Of a stretch of 64,000 bases of DNA, positions 23,051 through 35,670 are shown piece by piece (the stretch's first letter is position 1; each line of letters opens with the position of its first letter). The stretch covers positions 1 through 64,000 of the forward strand of contig JBPGPT010000046.1 of NCBI GenBank assembly GCA_051047955.1. Reading direction: 5' to 3'. Under the pieces are notes generated by a model. That model was given only the letters and a program-made list of their open reading frames with translations, was not told the DNA's origin and did no database searches. The position numbers were made by a program, and so were the translations under genes. The DNA is from Cystobasidiomycetes sp. EMM_F5. Its lineage: Eukaryota.

Positions 23051-24666
23051 ATGGCGTTTTGGCGGTCCAAGACGCGTTCACCGTCTGAACTGGTGCGCGC
23101 CCTGAAGGACTCTATCGTCAGATTGGACGCCGGACCGCCTGGAAACGATGCTAGGAAAAAGGCAAGTTGATTGTACCTCATATACAAGGCCTGTCCAATG
23201 TGCGAACCCGCGCCGATAGTGGTTAATTGGGCTGCTGCGACGCTGCGCGCACCATTGCTACGCCACCAATCCTTACCAAAACATGACGTTGGAGATGCAC
23301 TGCGGATGGAACACAGTTGCTAACACGCAGTTCATGTGTCATCTCCTCAATAGGCTACCGAAGACATCTCGAAAGTACTGAGTCAGATGAAAGTGCTGCT
23401 TTACGGAGACGGAGGTAAATGCATACGGGCGAAATGGCCGCTAGGTGCAATCACCGTTGACAATGATGATTTCGTGTCTTGCAGAAAGCGAACCTCAACC
23501 GGAGTTGAATGCTCAGCTCGCTCAGGAATTCTACAGCAACGACACCTTTCTGTTACTACTGGACAACATTTGGCGCTTCGAATTTGAGGTAGACTTCCAG
23601 GCACGTGTAATGCGGATGTTCCTAATTATGATTATGCTATCAACATTACAGGCGCGCAAAGACGTCTCGCAAGTATTTAACCACCTCCTGCGGCGGCAGA
23701 TCGGAACTCGGCACCCCACAGTGGAGTATCTAAACGGAAGACCAGATGTCGTACTATCAGCCTTACGAGGGTAAGAGACCTTTCCTACGTTTGCTGAGAC
23801 GATTGATGAACTGATTGTTGTCGCCTGTCAGATATGAGAATAGCGAGACGGCTCTGAACACTGGCGCAATATTGCACGAAATGCTTCGGCACGAAACGCT
23901 GGCTAAGAAGGTTCTATACTCAGAAAACCTCTATTCATTCATTGACTACATCGACAAGACCACTTTCGGCATTGCGTGCGACGCGATGACAAATTTCAAA
24001 GTAGACAGACCCGTTCATTTGCTAAAGGTACTTCACACTGACCTCACTCCCAACAGGAATTACTGACTCGGCACAAACCGCTTGTCGCGGAATTCTTGGA
24101 CAACAACTATGACAGGGTACGTCCGCTCATAATCAAGCCTCGCATCAACTTGCTTCATCTTACTACGTTTATCAAAGTTTTTCCAAAACTTCAATCTTCT
24201 AATCACTTCCCCAAACTATGTCACTCAAAGGCAGTCGTTGAGGTTGCTTAGCGAACTTCTTTTGGATCGTGCCAACTTTACCGTAATGTCCCGTTATATT
24301 TCGTCCGAGGAGAACCTCAAAACCATCATGAACCTGCTGCGAAGCAAAGCCAAGAACATATCCGTCGAAGCCTTCCATGTCTTCAAGGTCAGTCGTCGCA
24401 GCGTTGAGCCATTTGGCGCACCATACTGATACATCGCTCAGATTTTCGTAGCAAATCCGCGCAAACCCCCTCCCATCGAGTCTATACTTCGCAGAAACAA
24501 GGCCAAGCTTACTACGTTCCTGCGTGGCTTCAATCCCGATCGCGAAGATGAGCAATTTGCAGTACGGATAACTTACCCTTTTGCGAAGACGACGAGAATG
24601 ACTGACATCGTTTGCCGTACGTAGGACGAGAAGGTCTTTTTGCTGCAGCAGATCGAAGCGCTGTAG
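23051..24666 (+). CDS. HYM1: MO25/CAB39-family scaffold (RAM/MOR network)
   Basis: [90 protein letters not shown] and DEKVFLL. Many exons; stop at 24664-24666. Confidence 0.95.
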
Positions 24667-24878
24667 AAATATCTGACCGTATTGTAGTGCATCTTGAGTG
24701 ACACTCGCACAACCTCTGGCACATGCAGTAGTTGCAATTTTTGTATTTCGTTTAGCATTACGCATGCAGCGGCGCTGCCACTGTAGACTAGTCTATCCTA
24801 CTTTGCGTCTTGATGTTGTTGCAATTAGCAATCTGCCATACTGTGCTGCACTCTCACACTCCTGCAAATGCGAGATGA

Positions 24879-27139
24879 CTATTGTGGCCACAAGGAAAGC
24901 AAACCTTCCCCAATGCCTGTGTAGAATGGGTTGGACAAATCGTCATTCATGAACAGAGCAAGTGGATCGTCAAGGAGCCATTGCCGCTCGGTATCTGAAA
25001 AGGCCGCTTCTTGTGAAGCAATTCCAGATGACCCGGTACCAGAATGTGCCTGGAGCAAGTCCAGCCAGGATGTGTCCAACGCAGATATCGTATCATCTTG
25101 TGAGACTTCGATGGCTGGCTGCGGTTCTGTGCGGACACCGCCTTGCTTGCTCCTACTTTTCCAAACGGCAAGCAGCGTATTGATTCGGACAAGACACCAG
25201 GTCGCGCCCGTGTGAACAAGGCCATGCGACGGCGAGCTTTGCTGCAAGCGAATTGCAATTTGGTGTGTGTCGTCGGACAATCTCTTGCTGTCTGCTAGCG
25301 TACGGTTTTCCAGCTTCAGATGCAGCTACATGATGTTATGCGGTCAGCGCCCAAACGTAACAACGACCGCTTGGAACTCACCTTGTAGCAGCAATGAAGA
25401 CAGTACAGCAACATCGTATAGAAACTACAAAGTACAAGCCTAATGGATTAGCATTGACCGGTCGGAATAGAAAGCTTAGCCCGCACCTGTTGTGTGCATA
25501 TTGCAGCACCTCACCATTCACGCTCTCCGCAACGTGAGTTATCATCGCGGCAGCAGACTCGAAAAGATCGTTCTCCGCGCCCAACACACTTAGGGCTGAT
25601 CTTCTTGCGTGCAGTAAGCAATTTGCATATAGATGATATACGAACGTCATCTGGCCAAGCCTTGAGCAAGCTGGTAGGAGGACTCAGCGAAACCCACACA
25701 TTTATGATTGAGTCGTGCATACTATGGTATGTCCCTGCAGACCACGTTCGCTTCCAGACTTCGAGATCTCGTTGAATCAGATCTGTGTTTGAACGGACTT
25801 TACGATCAGCCAGCTGCGCATTGTCTGGTAGTCTCTCCAGTATACGGCGCAGCTGTATTAGTGCGACAATCGAAGCGTCGTCGGCATTCGCTTGCGTTTG
25901 AATAAGCCAATTCTGCGCATCGAGAGTTGTCTCGTTCTCTGGGATCAGCGCGGGACGAGCCGACTGTGCAGACCAGCTGCGGTCTGCAATCCAGCATGTC
26001 ATCCAACATCTCTGAGCATCACGCAAAACAGCTTTAGAGTGACTATCGTGGGATTCTGAGTGTTTCAGTTCGCGAGATAAGCCGAGTTCCACTGCGATCC
26101 GGACTATCGACATGGATGAATTCGATTCAACCCATGATGAGCGATTGGAAAACGACTTACGGGCATGCCCGAATAGGAACCAGCTTGGCTCTTCGTCTGT
26201 GATGTCTTTACTATCAGTGAAAGTGGTCCAGATCATACAGGCTTGACAAATCTGCACGCTCCGCATATTACGCAGCAGCACCATTGGCCAGATGGTGTCT
26301 TTGATATGCTGCAGTATCGTTCGTGCAATGTATGCTGAGCGTGCTTGTGAGACGGGATTCAGGTCCCGCCCAGCAGCAGCTTGGATAGTCACACTCAGCA
26401 GGAAGAACGATGTTGACCGTACATATTCGTATGTATGCAATGCTTTGTCAAGTAGGCCAGTGTAGCCATTCATTCTCTCGATGAAACTGAAGGTCACGGT
26501 CAGGGTTGGTTTGTAGTTAGCGTCAACTATCCACACACGTTGTATATAAAGCCCGACACTCCGCGTCGGTAAGGTATCCTAATTTCACCGGATCCAAGTC
26601 TGACTGAGTGTCAGGCTTAACCGAGAATGGACGAGGCTGCGTTCGAACGTTTCTTCCTTGGCGTTTCGCTGGATTGTTTTCACCATTGTCACCAAATATG
26701 ACTGAAAGAGGCGAGTCCAGACTACCGCCTGGGTATGATGAACCCTCACTGCCAGGAAATTGAGAGCTTGATGCCGCGGCCATGGATAACAGGCTGTTTG
26801 CAGTAACATCGTCCGGCAAATGAGCCGGATGGCGCAGCAAGCGCTCAGTTCTGAATCAAAATGAAATCAGACCCTGTTCGCATAGCACTCAGTGCCACCG
26901 TGAAGCGCATTGTCACGGACTGTCGTCCAATAGGTCGACCCCGCTTCACCGGATCAAATGCGCAACGTAGGCCGAGCTGAAGGCACTTGTTGCAACCGTT
27001 CTGGCCAGGAGGTCCTCGACCTGAGCATTTGACTTCTGTAAGATACATTAATACATCAGCGTTCGACAATCCCATCCTGTGGATAATCCCCACTTCGTTG
27101 CCGGCATGGCGTGCAAGTGTTTGTTTTGGATGAGTCCAT
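24879..27139 (-). CDS. Zn(II)2Cys6 transcription factor with fungal-specific TF middle domain
   Basis: Spliced N-terminus MDSSKTNTCTPCRQR-KVKCSGRGPPGQNGCNKCLQLGLRCAF (six Cys). Middle region DPVKLGYL, RIAVELGL and QRCWMTCWIADRSWS. Confidence 0.88.
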
Positions 27140-27414
27140 CACTTCGCATGCCCATCGAACTTGTTGCGTCTGGGGCAACACCGGGTGCGCGTCATATGTC
27201 GTTTGCAATATCTTCGGTTATGTTTGCCGTCTCGCTTTACGCGTCCGCTCTACCCCGGTTTGCAGCAGGCAACACTCGGCTGAAAAACGTGCCTCGGTCA
27301 AGTCAAGCGCACGAAAATTCAGCGCTGCTCTCCCCTTCCATAAACAACGACAAGTCCTGCTCTGAATTCTGAACACACGCGTACTGGGCTGCACTCGCAG
27401 TGCAACGTGCAGCC

Positions 27415-28658
27415 ATGTTCATCAGCACGCTCGTGTCGTTTCTGGGCGCTGGTGGCAAGGGCAAAGACCCTGCTGAGATAGAGGAGATTAGCCAGCACGA
27501 CGAGCAGCTACTCGTGTCGCGGCTCATAACGTATCCCATCAAGTCCTGTGCTGGTGTACAGCTCGATGAGAGCTCATACAGCCTGGAAGGGCTGGAGTGG
27601 GATAGACGTTGGTGCGTCCTTGATAGTCGAACTCGCAAAATGATAACGGCACGAACACATCCCAAGGTGAAGGCCATGCACAACTACGCGCGGACTCATT
27701 GCTGATTGCGATACAACCTGTGTGTAGCTCTTTCTTATCCAGCCCAAGCTTGACCTAATCAACCGCAACCTCGAAGTGCATATTCCTTATCATGGGACTT
27801 TTATGACGCCCTTGGAGCCGTCGAAAGACATAGAAGAGCTCACAGATCTGCAACTATGGGGCTCATACGATATGTGTGGCAGAGTAGTCGCGCCAAAAGG
27901 CTCAGAACTCGCTCAAGCCATTTCATCCTTTATCGAAGCGGATGCGGAACTCGTATACGCGACTCAGACCCAGCCGCGCATTCTCGGCAAGCAGAGCTTT
28001 CTAGACGATCTGTTTAGCTCAAATACAGATGCGCTTGACTATCCTCTTGAAGAATGCACGACACGCTATGCGGACGGCTATCCGATCCTCATCGCTACTG
28101 AAGCGACTTTCCGCGAAGTCGGGCAATGGCTAGAAGCAGAAACCAAGGATATTCGTATGGGACAAGACGAGCTAATTGCGCGGTATCGACCAAACATAGT
28201 CGTGACGGGCAACCGAGAGGGCTTCTTGGAGGAGTCTTGGGAGGAACTGTGTCTGGATGGAAAGGATATCCTCTACCCTGTCAGTCGGTGTCCAAGGTGT
28301 CCAGTAAGTCACATTAGTCTTCAGCATCGCTACGAGCCTGATATCGTTTTCCCTCTGGCTAGATGCCAGATGCTTCGCCCGTAACTGGCGTAATGTCACC
28401 CCGTCGCATGCCCGGAAAAATTGTCGAAGGCCATAGAAGCCGAGTTGACCGTATTGTGAATACAATTAAAGCCGATGCCCGTCTACGAAGCTGACTTTAC
28501 GGCTTCAGAACAAGGGGCCTTGCTTGGGCATGAATACCATTACGAAGGCGCGGAGCGGTCGCTTGCGAGTAGGCGCCACAGTCACCGTCACACGAGCGTC
28601 TGCTCGCACAGAAGGCTTCAGCCATGGACGCTTCGACCGACCCGAGGATGCGTGGTGA
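27415..28658 (+). CDS. MOSC-domain protein (mARC/YcbX-like)
   Basis: MOSC_N motifs LITYPIKSCAG, GLEWDRRW, MITARTHPK. MOSC motifs YADGYPILIA, RYRPNIVV, CPRC and CLGMN. Confidence 0.9.
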
Positions 28659-28940
28659 CGATCACACATACATATTAGACATCGCATGAGAAGCCAATGC
28701 GGCTAACATAGCTACACTCTATTGAGCACCTCATTGGGGACGCCTCCTCGCATCACGATACCACCTCAAGTATTTAAGCATTGCAATTCGTTCACCGCAG
28801 TTGCAACAGAAGGCTAGACAAAGTACATAATTCATGGGTTGTAAGGGTTTTAAGGATAGGGACTCTCGCACTGTATCGTCTCGCAAAGCATGAGCTGCGA
28901 CACACTGCGGTTATCTTTGCTTCAGCCCCCGGAGTGTTCT

Positions 28941-29043
28941 TTCTCCATGATGACCCGGGCTCGAATGCACTCGGGTTGACGGAAGTGCAACCGTATTGAT
29001 TCCTGCCAGCTGGATGGGCAATACCTGGGTGCTTCCCTGAGAA
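28941..29043 (+). ncRNA. Candidate box C/D snoRNA-like element (unconfirmed)
   Basis: Box C ATGATGA at 28947-28953, box D CTGA at 29037-29040, short TTC/GAA closing stem, internal hairpins. No rRNA guide recognised. Confidence 0.25.
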
Positions 29044-30193
29044 TGGCACCGAACAAAGCGCCAGCTATGAATCCTGCGCGGGCCAGTCATCTGGCAACCA
29101 CCACCTTGACAAAGATTCTAGAGGTATTTATTTGGATAGCTGCAATTCGCCTTGTGCCGGGAAAGCTAAAGGGCGGTACTTGCTCAGCTTACGCGGCTCC
29201 ACAAGCAAGGCCATGCTCTGCCTTCGTCGCTGACATCTGGCGTATCGAAATCGTTACTCCAGCTGCGAAATGCGGTCATTGCACTGGAGGCGGAACAACG
29301 GGAGCTGGAAAGCACGTCACAAAACAGTCAACACAACAGAACGGGGCGCATAAGGAGTCAAGAAGAGCTCAAAACTCGCGAGGATCTGCTCGTTGGCCTT
29401 AGCAAGCAGTATCATCGTCTCGTCGGGCTGTGTGATGGCCTTGGCATTCCCGCAGAGGGTCTACACACGGCACAACACAGGCAATCCGTGCAAGAAGCGG
29501 ACGATACTAGCACACCGGAGACGCACTTATTGATCGATAGGTTGGTCTGTCAATACATGTGGATCAGCGAGATTGATGAGCTGATGTTTACCCTGACACA
29601 AGCCGAACAAGCATAGACGCAGACGTACCACTACAAGACTTGCACCAAAAATCGTCCAATAGAGCCAGTACATCATCCACTTCAAGCCCTCACGCCTCTC
29701 TCCGCATAGATGCAGACGATGAACAAGAGCAATCACGCATGGACGAAGAAGAAATGCGAGCAGCAAATCAGGATGTCATGCAGATGCAACAAAAAATGAT
29801 GAGCGGTATGTTGATTCATGTGATTGCGTTCACATCTTCGCGAATTGATTGGGATGTTTGCTTAAGACCAAGACGATACGCTTGAAGCGCTTGCAAAAGC
29901 CATCTCTAGGCAAAGAGACTTATCTCTGCATATATCATCGGAGTTGGAGCTACACGAGAACTTGCTCGAGGAGACGGACCGTGCTGTAGACGGGTATGTA
30001 AGATTCCGTCTTACATTTCGACAGTCGAAACTGACCTGGATGTTTTCTGATTGGCAGCACCGAAGCTCGGCTGAGACGGGCGAGTAAACGCTTGGATAAC
30101 GTCGCCCAGAGATCTCGTGAAAGCACAACAGCGTGTGCAATCATTACAATCATTGTGGTACTTCTAATCTTGGTAGTAGTTATCAAGCTGTAA
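29043..30193 (+). CDS. SYN8: Qc-SNARE, syntaxin-8-like
   Basis: Helical N-terminus. SNARE motif QQKMMS-DQDDTLEALAKAISRQRDLSLHISSELELHENLLEETDRAVD-TEARLRRASKRL. C-terminal TM anchor CAIITIIVVLLILVVVIKL*. Start is ATG 29043 or 29067. Confidence 0.85.
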
Positions 30194-30551
30194 CGAGGCA
30201 AGAGGGGCGTGGAAACGAACTGGCAGCACGATCATGTACGCATGTAGCATAGATATCAATATGGGCATTCATGTAGCGATGATCTAACATCAGTTCTGCA
30301 TACGTGTTCTCTATTTACCGCTATCAACATCCTGCTTCTGAAGCAACTTGAATCATCGAACAACTAGCTTCGAGTGTCAATTGGAAGTGGAAGTGTAGTT
30401 GTCTGGCAATGTGTTTGACCTCTCCTCCTGCGTAGATCACAGCCTTTGAATTCCTAGCTATGGGGTTGGTTCCGCACCGACTCTTGAAACACGATCTGGC
30501 TAGCCCGAGCAATGGGAGTAAGGAACGGTAGCATGCTGCTGCATATCCGCA

Positions 30552-31702
30552 ATGGCATCCACAGCTCCTCTCCGCTCGTCCTTGCTTTGGCTGCCAACTG
30601 AACTCCTCGAAGTCATCGTATACCACGCCGTGTGGACACCATGGCCGCAACACGATATCCACGAAAGGAGTGCCATACTACGTGTCTGTAAACGGTTTCA
30701 CACCCTTGCACGACGTGCTTTGTACAGGAATGTTGTCCTTTCCACCCTCCAAGGTTTTCACTCCTTCTTTATGGTGGATACCGAGGATTGGGAAGCTGCA
30801 AACATGGCTACGCTTGGTCAAAGCGGATTCAACATACCGTCGGGGAATATCAATGGACAGCATTGGCGAGAGCAATCGGATGCCTTCTCTAGGAGGATCG
30901 ATGACTGGTCCAGGGTTGGCTTTGGCGTATGGATCCGTCTTACGCGAAAGCTGATTCTTAGGTATATCAGGTGCGCAGCCTAACGATTGACCTCAACTTC
31001 GTGTCCATGTTCAATCGACCTGCAAGACACGTCATGCCACACCTAACAAACTCGCTAGGACAAGCAGTCACTCTTGGATCTCGCTTCGGGCTACCTAACT
31101 TGCTCCCCAACCTGCTAAATCTAAACGAACGCAGCACCAACGAATACGAAGATCTGCACACCTTCGAAGTACAGACAGGTTTTCGATTACGATTCTACAG
31201 TAATTTCTCGCCTCGTGCCTTCTCCTCTCCTGCTGCTCCGGATAGATTGGTTCAAGCGAGCGTATTTCGATTTCCGCCGTCGTTGCTATCACATACTCGC
31301 AGTTTGTCGGCTCGAAATCTGCTCGAAGTACTCATACTGTTCCCACTAGAGATGGTTAGTATTTCACAACAAGCGAGGTCTGTCACTTCGATTCATCGAC
31401 CAACGAGTCAAAGCATCGACACGATATACTGCCTCAACGAAGACTTTGTGTACGAGTATTACGACGACGAATACCAAACGTATCTATGGACGAGTCTTCA
31501 ACATCTGGTATGGCGTTTTCCGAACCTAAAACATCTACACCTGCCGACAAAGGACAGCTTCTTCCTGTATCTGACAACCGAGCTGCGTGGCACGGCCTCA
31601 ATGGCATTGTATGACGAGGCGGTGAGTAGCCTGTCGAAGCATCCCGATGTGAAGGTCAGAGCAGTCCAAGTGCACTTGGATCAAACGGCCTATCTGCCAT
31701 AG
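30552..31702 (+). CDS. F-box-like domain protein
   Basis: N-terminal LLWLPTELLEVIVYH...AILRVCKRFHTLARRALYRNVVL pattern. One intron (approx. 30914-30971) joins ORFs 30552-30983 and 30971-31702. Confidence 0.65.
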
Positions 31703-32691
31703 CCCGTACGCAGGTTGAGACAAGTGGGAATGTAGTGCTGACTTCGTAGACGACGTGGGAGTAGCAGTCGTGTTACATTTTCGCTATTGAGTCAATACCA
31801 ACCGCATGCCTTTTAGCTCGTCACGGTCTTTTCGCGGATATAGATATTTGCCACCGAGTGGAGCTCAGACCTCTCAAGGCTGAATGCCGGCATGCACGAC
31901 GGTTCAGCGAGGGCATGCTAGTCGATCCTGTTGGAGTGTCACATTGTGCCAGACTGTCGCTCTACTTGCTGCCTCCCAATTCGCATTACTGTCTTTGATG
32001 CCCGGCTGAAACAAGATGCATACTAATCTGCTGAACCCCTGCAGGAGATCACAGGAGAACGGCTAACTTATCGCGACGCTGCACACAGCGAGGCCTTTGG
32101 ACTTTTACTAAACAGTCCTATGACAAACGATGAGCTAGACAATCTGGTCATTTCATCGATATCGGATGACGGGTGTAGCAGCAACGACGTCCGAGCGCGG
32201 CGATCAATAGCGGAACATTGGAACATTGCTAGCGCCATTGCATACAAGAACCATATGCAACCGCAAACGACATCTCTTTGCTGAGTACAGGAAAACATCA
32301 CTTTTATGGAACTACGCAGCAACGACACAACCGAGAATATCGACCTAGCAACGCGCACCCCTGGTCTCCCGACCCTCTGAACTGTTCATGTACTGATGCA
32401 GCACTAATAGCAGACAAAGAAGAAATCGGATCGCGGATGTAGGCCCTCTCGTGCTGTAGTGCCGCTCTTGCATGCGAAGTTTCGTCCGCGTACATCATCC
32501 GAAGGCCACTGCAGCTTTGTTGACAATTCCGGGGACCTCGAACGCGACGACGCGACTGAGCTCAAAAGGCCGATTGCCACACGTCATAATCCTTTGTGGC
32601 CAAGAGCAATTCCCACAGCTGTCACGTCCATTACGACGGATGCAGAGAGCAGCGTAGCACACAGGTGTAGGCGCACGAAGCGATACTTATG

Positions 32692-32797
32692 ACGCGTTTA
32701 CATTCCTTCTTGTGGTGTCGTGTAAACACGGCGGTCTCTTGAAATTTGAAAGGAATGCTAATGATGCAATCGAGAAATCTTACAATTTTCAACGCGT
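32692..32797. promoter_or_regulatory. Cluster of two MCB (ACGCGT) and two TEA-consensus (CATTCC/GGAATG) sites upstream of the TEA gene
   Basis: ACGCGT at 32692-32697 and 32792-32797; CATTCC at 32701-32706; GGAATG at 32752-32757. Confidence 0.4.
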
Positions 32798-33348
32798 CGA
32801 TAGCTGTGAGATTTGAGTGCTAATAGCGCGGAAGTCTTCCGTGTGTGTTTTGAAAAGCAGAAAGTAGCCGCCAACGCGGTCGCGTCGTGAAGGTCGGACT
32901 ACGCGACGGGCGGCGGCTCTCGATTGCCTCACTCGCAACTTAGCGCATGCAGGCGAACGCGCTGCTCTCTCGCTCAAATCGTCAAACATCAAGGCAACCA
33001 GGCAAGAAGCCTTTCTTCCCCTCCGCACATAACGACGTACAAGGACTGGACCATACTGTATCAGTGCGGACGCGTGCGAACGATCTCGTTTGGCTTTCTT
33101 TTCGGCTTTTCGCGAAGCGCCTCTTCGACCGCACAGTCCTCGTCGAAAGGCTATACCAACAATAGTGCACCATCACATAGTCAGTAGTACTCAGTGGCAT
33201 CCGCTCCAACCAGCGGTTAGCATAGGTAAAACTCAGCGTTGCTGCGCCGGGGATCGCGGGCTGACGTCTTTCGCGTCGCGTGTCGCGCTGCACCACTAGG
33301 ACTCGAAGATAACATCCTGCTCGCGTTTGCAGGCGTGCAAAGCATAAG

Positions 33349-35390
33349 ATGCTCGCTACACATTCTCAGCATTTGAATCACCTTCTTGGTCCGGTCTCGC
33401 CCTACCACGAAGCTGGTCCTATCGCAATGTCCTCCTCGCCGAGCCATTCCCCGGCATCCGAGATCCCTCGATACTTCAGCGAAAGAGAGTACGATGACTC
33501 ACTGCAGTCTTACTCATCACCTCCATCTAGCGTCCCATCGTCTCATAATGCATCATTTAGCGCGTCGGGACCCTATCCTGCCTATACCGACTTTTGTCAG
33601 GATCCGTCGTATGCTTTTGCCTCTTCTCCGCTGTCGCACAATGGCAGTCAGCAGCAACATCAGCCACAATACCTGTTTCAAGAGCTTCCGCAGATGCCAA
33701 TGGCAGAACAACATATCATGCATGAGAAGCAGCAAGCCCCCTTTGTGCCGCCTTACCTGCCGCCGCAACAGCATGCGCATTTACAACACCTCCCGCCTCT
33801 TCCAGGCTTACCGCCGATGCATCACTCCATGATGCCTATGCCTCATGGTCAACCTATCCTCCCATATGGCGAAGATCTTTTCATGCCTGCATATCAAGCG
33901 CCCCGTGCGGCAATGATTCCAGGACTGTCCATGGACCGTCCAGAAGCGAAGCGCAGAAAGACCTGTCCGGAATTAACTGTGGCACAGTCGTCTCCCACTC
34001 CGCAGCGGTATGAGAGCAGGAGGTATGAGGAAGGTAAAAAGGGAGCTGGTAAAGACGGCGAAGATGTTTGGCCAGAGGATGTCGAAGTCGCCTTCTTTGA
34101 GTGTAAGTCATTTCCAACTGCATCGTTTGCCGGAACTGACAGATCCTCCATTTATCACATACTTGCAGCCATCCGCTTGGTACCTAAGCTTGGTCGAAAG
34201 AAAATTGTCGTCAACAGCAAACCCTGCGGACGGAACGAACTCATCAGCGACTATATTCGCCGCAAGACGGGCAAAATCAGATCGCGAAAGCAGGTGTCAA
34301 GCCATATTCAGGTTTTGAAGAATATCAGGACCCATGATGAAGAATGTTTGTTTGAAGTCCGCTATTGATGCTGGCGTAGAGCTGACCCTGTATTGCAGTC
34401 ATGGACCTTGTCGCCGAGCCTAAGGCAGGGGAAGGCGAAGACGATTTCTCCCCTGAGACGCACAGACTGTTCTTCCTGCCGCAGGAATTTGCGCACGTTC
34501 CGTTCGAAGCGCCCCGCAGTGCATCGTCATCAAGCTTGTCTCCAATGCCTTCCTACCCTATGGAGGGTCTGACGCCTGCGTCTATGCCAGCCCGTGACGG
34601 TCTGCTCTCGCCGTACTGCGGAGGATCATTCTTTGCGCCATCCTCAGGATCCTCGTCGCCTGCCCTCTCGTCGTGCTCAAGCATTCCGCCTACCCGTTCC
34701 GTCTCACCTTATCCAATGATGGTTCAGACGCCGAGTGATGAACTGCCTCAACCACTTCAGGTATTCCAATTGAAATTAGCACCTCCGTCTCCTGCAGCGC
34801 CTGCTCCAAGCGGTGCAATTACTGGTTCTGTAAATGCTGCTGATGCCAATGCCACCCCAAAAAGCTCTCCCAGCAAGCTTGGTCATCGTCGTGTAGCATC
34901 CCGAGGTCTCACTCTCACCATCCCACCCAACGCTTTTGCTGCTAGTCAGTCCCAACAAGCCCCGCCGACGATCGAAGAACCATCCTTGATACTTCCGGAA
35001 GGCGATGGCTCCGCTTGTGCTTCGCATCCTACCACGCCTTGGCCACAAGTCTTGCATACTCCCACTTGTGCACCACCCGCACCCGCGATGCTAGGTAGCC
35101 CCACTCAGAGGCGCAGACTGCCGCAAATCTGGGCAACCACGACTGCTGATTGGAATAAGGCTTCGCCTGCCCTAGAAAACAATTTCGAGCATGAGCTGGC
35201 TGCAGCAGTAGCATCATCAAAGTCCATGCAAGATGCCGCTTCACGAACGTCTGCACCACTCAAGCGATCCTACACCGATATGGGTGCTTCAACAACTTAT
35301 GACCCCTTTGAGCACAATGATAACTTGCACTCAAACAAGAATGACGCAGACAGATTCTTCAGTAATCTTCTCGGATCCAGAGACTATTAG
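33349..35390 (+). CDS. TEA/ATTS-domain transcription factor (Tec1/AbaA family)
   Basis: EDVWPEDVEVAFFE-SIRLVPKLGRKK...KPCGRNELISDYIRRKTGKIRSRKQVSSHIQVLK after removing intron 34103-34168. Second intron at approx. 34346-34398. S/P-rich C-terminus. Confidence 0.95.
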
Positions 35391-35670
35391 ATGATACCGC
35401 GACACCAGGCTGTGCCTGTGCATTCAGTATTTGGTAGCATATCAGTCTGCGTTATCTACTCTCATTTTTACGACATCGTTTTAGCATTCACATGACGAAA
35501 TTTGTGGCATACCGGTACTGTTGTGGTTCTAGATGGCTCGAAGCCGCTCTTCCTGTTGTACGAGTAATTGAGATCAACTACATCAGCTCTGTGCTGTCGC
35601 TGTGATGCATTCCGTGTTGACACTACTGTATCCCGCATCCGCCACTGCAGGTGGATCTTTGGCTTTCACC

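Noticed and set aside
28836..28861. Telomere-like GGGTTGTAAGGGTTTTAAGGATAGGG
   Set aside because: Degenerate, with no true TTAGGG tandem or 1.5-repeat template.
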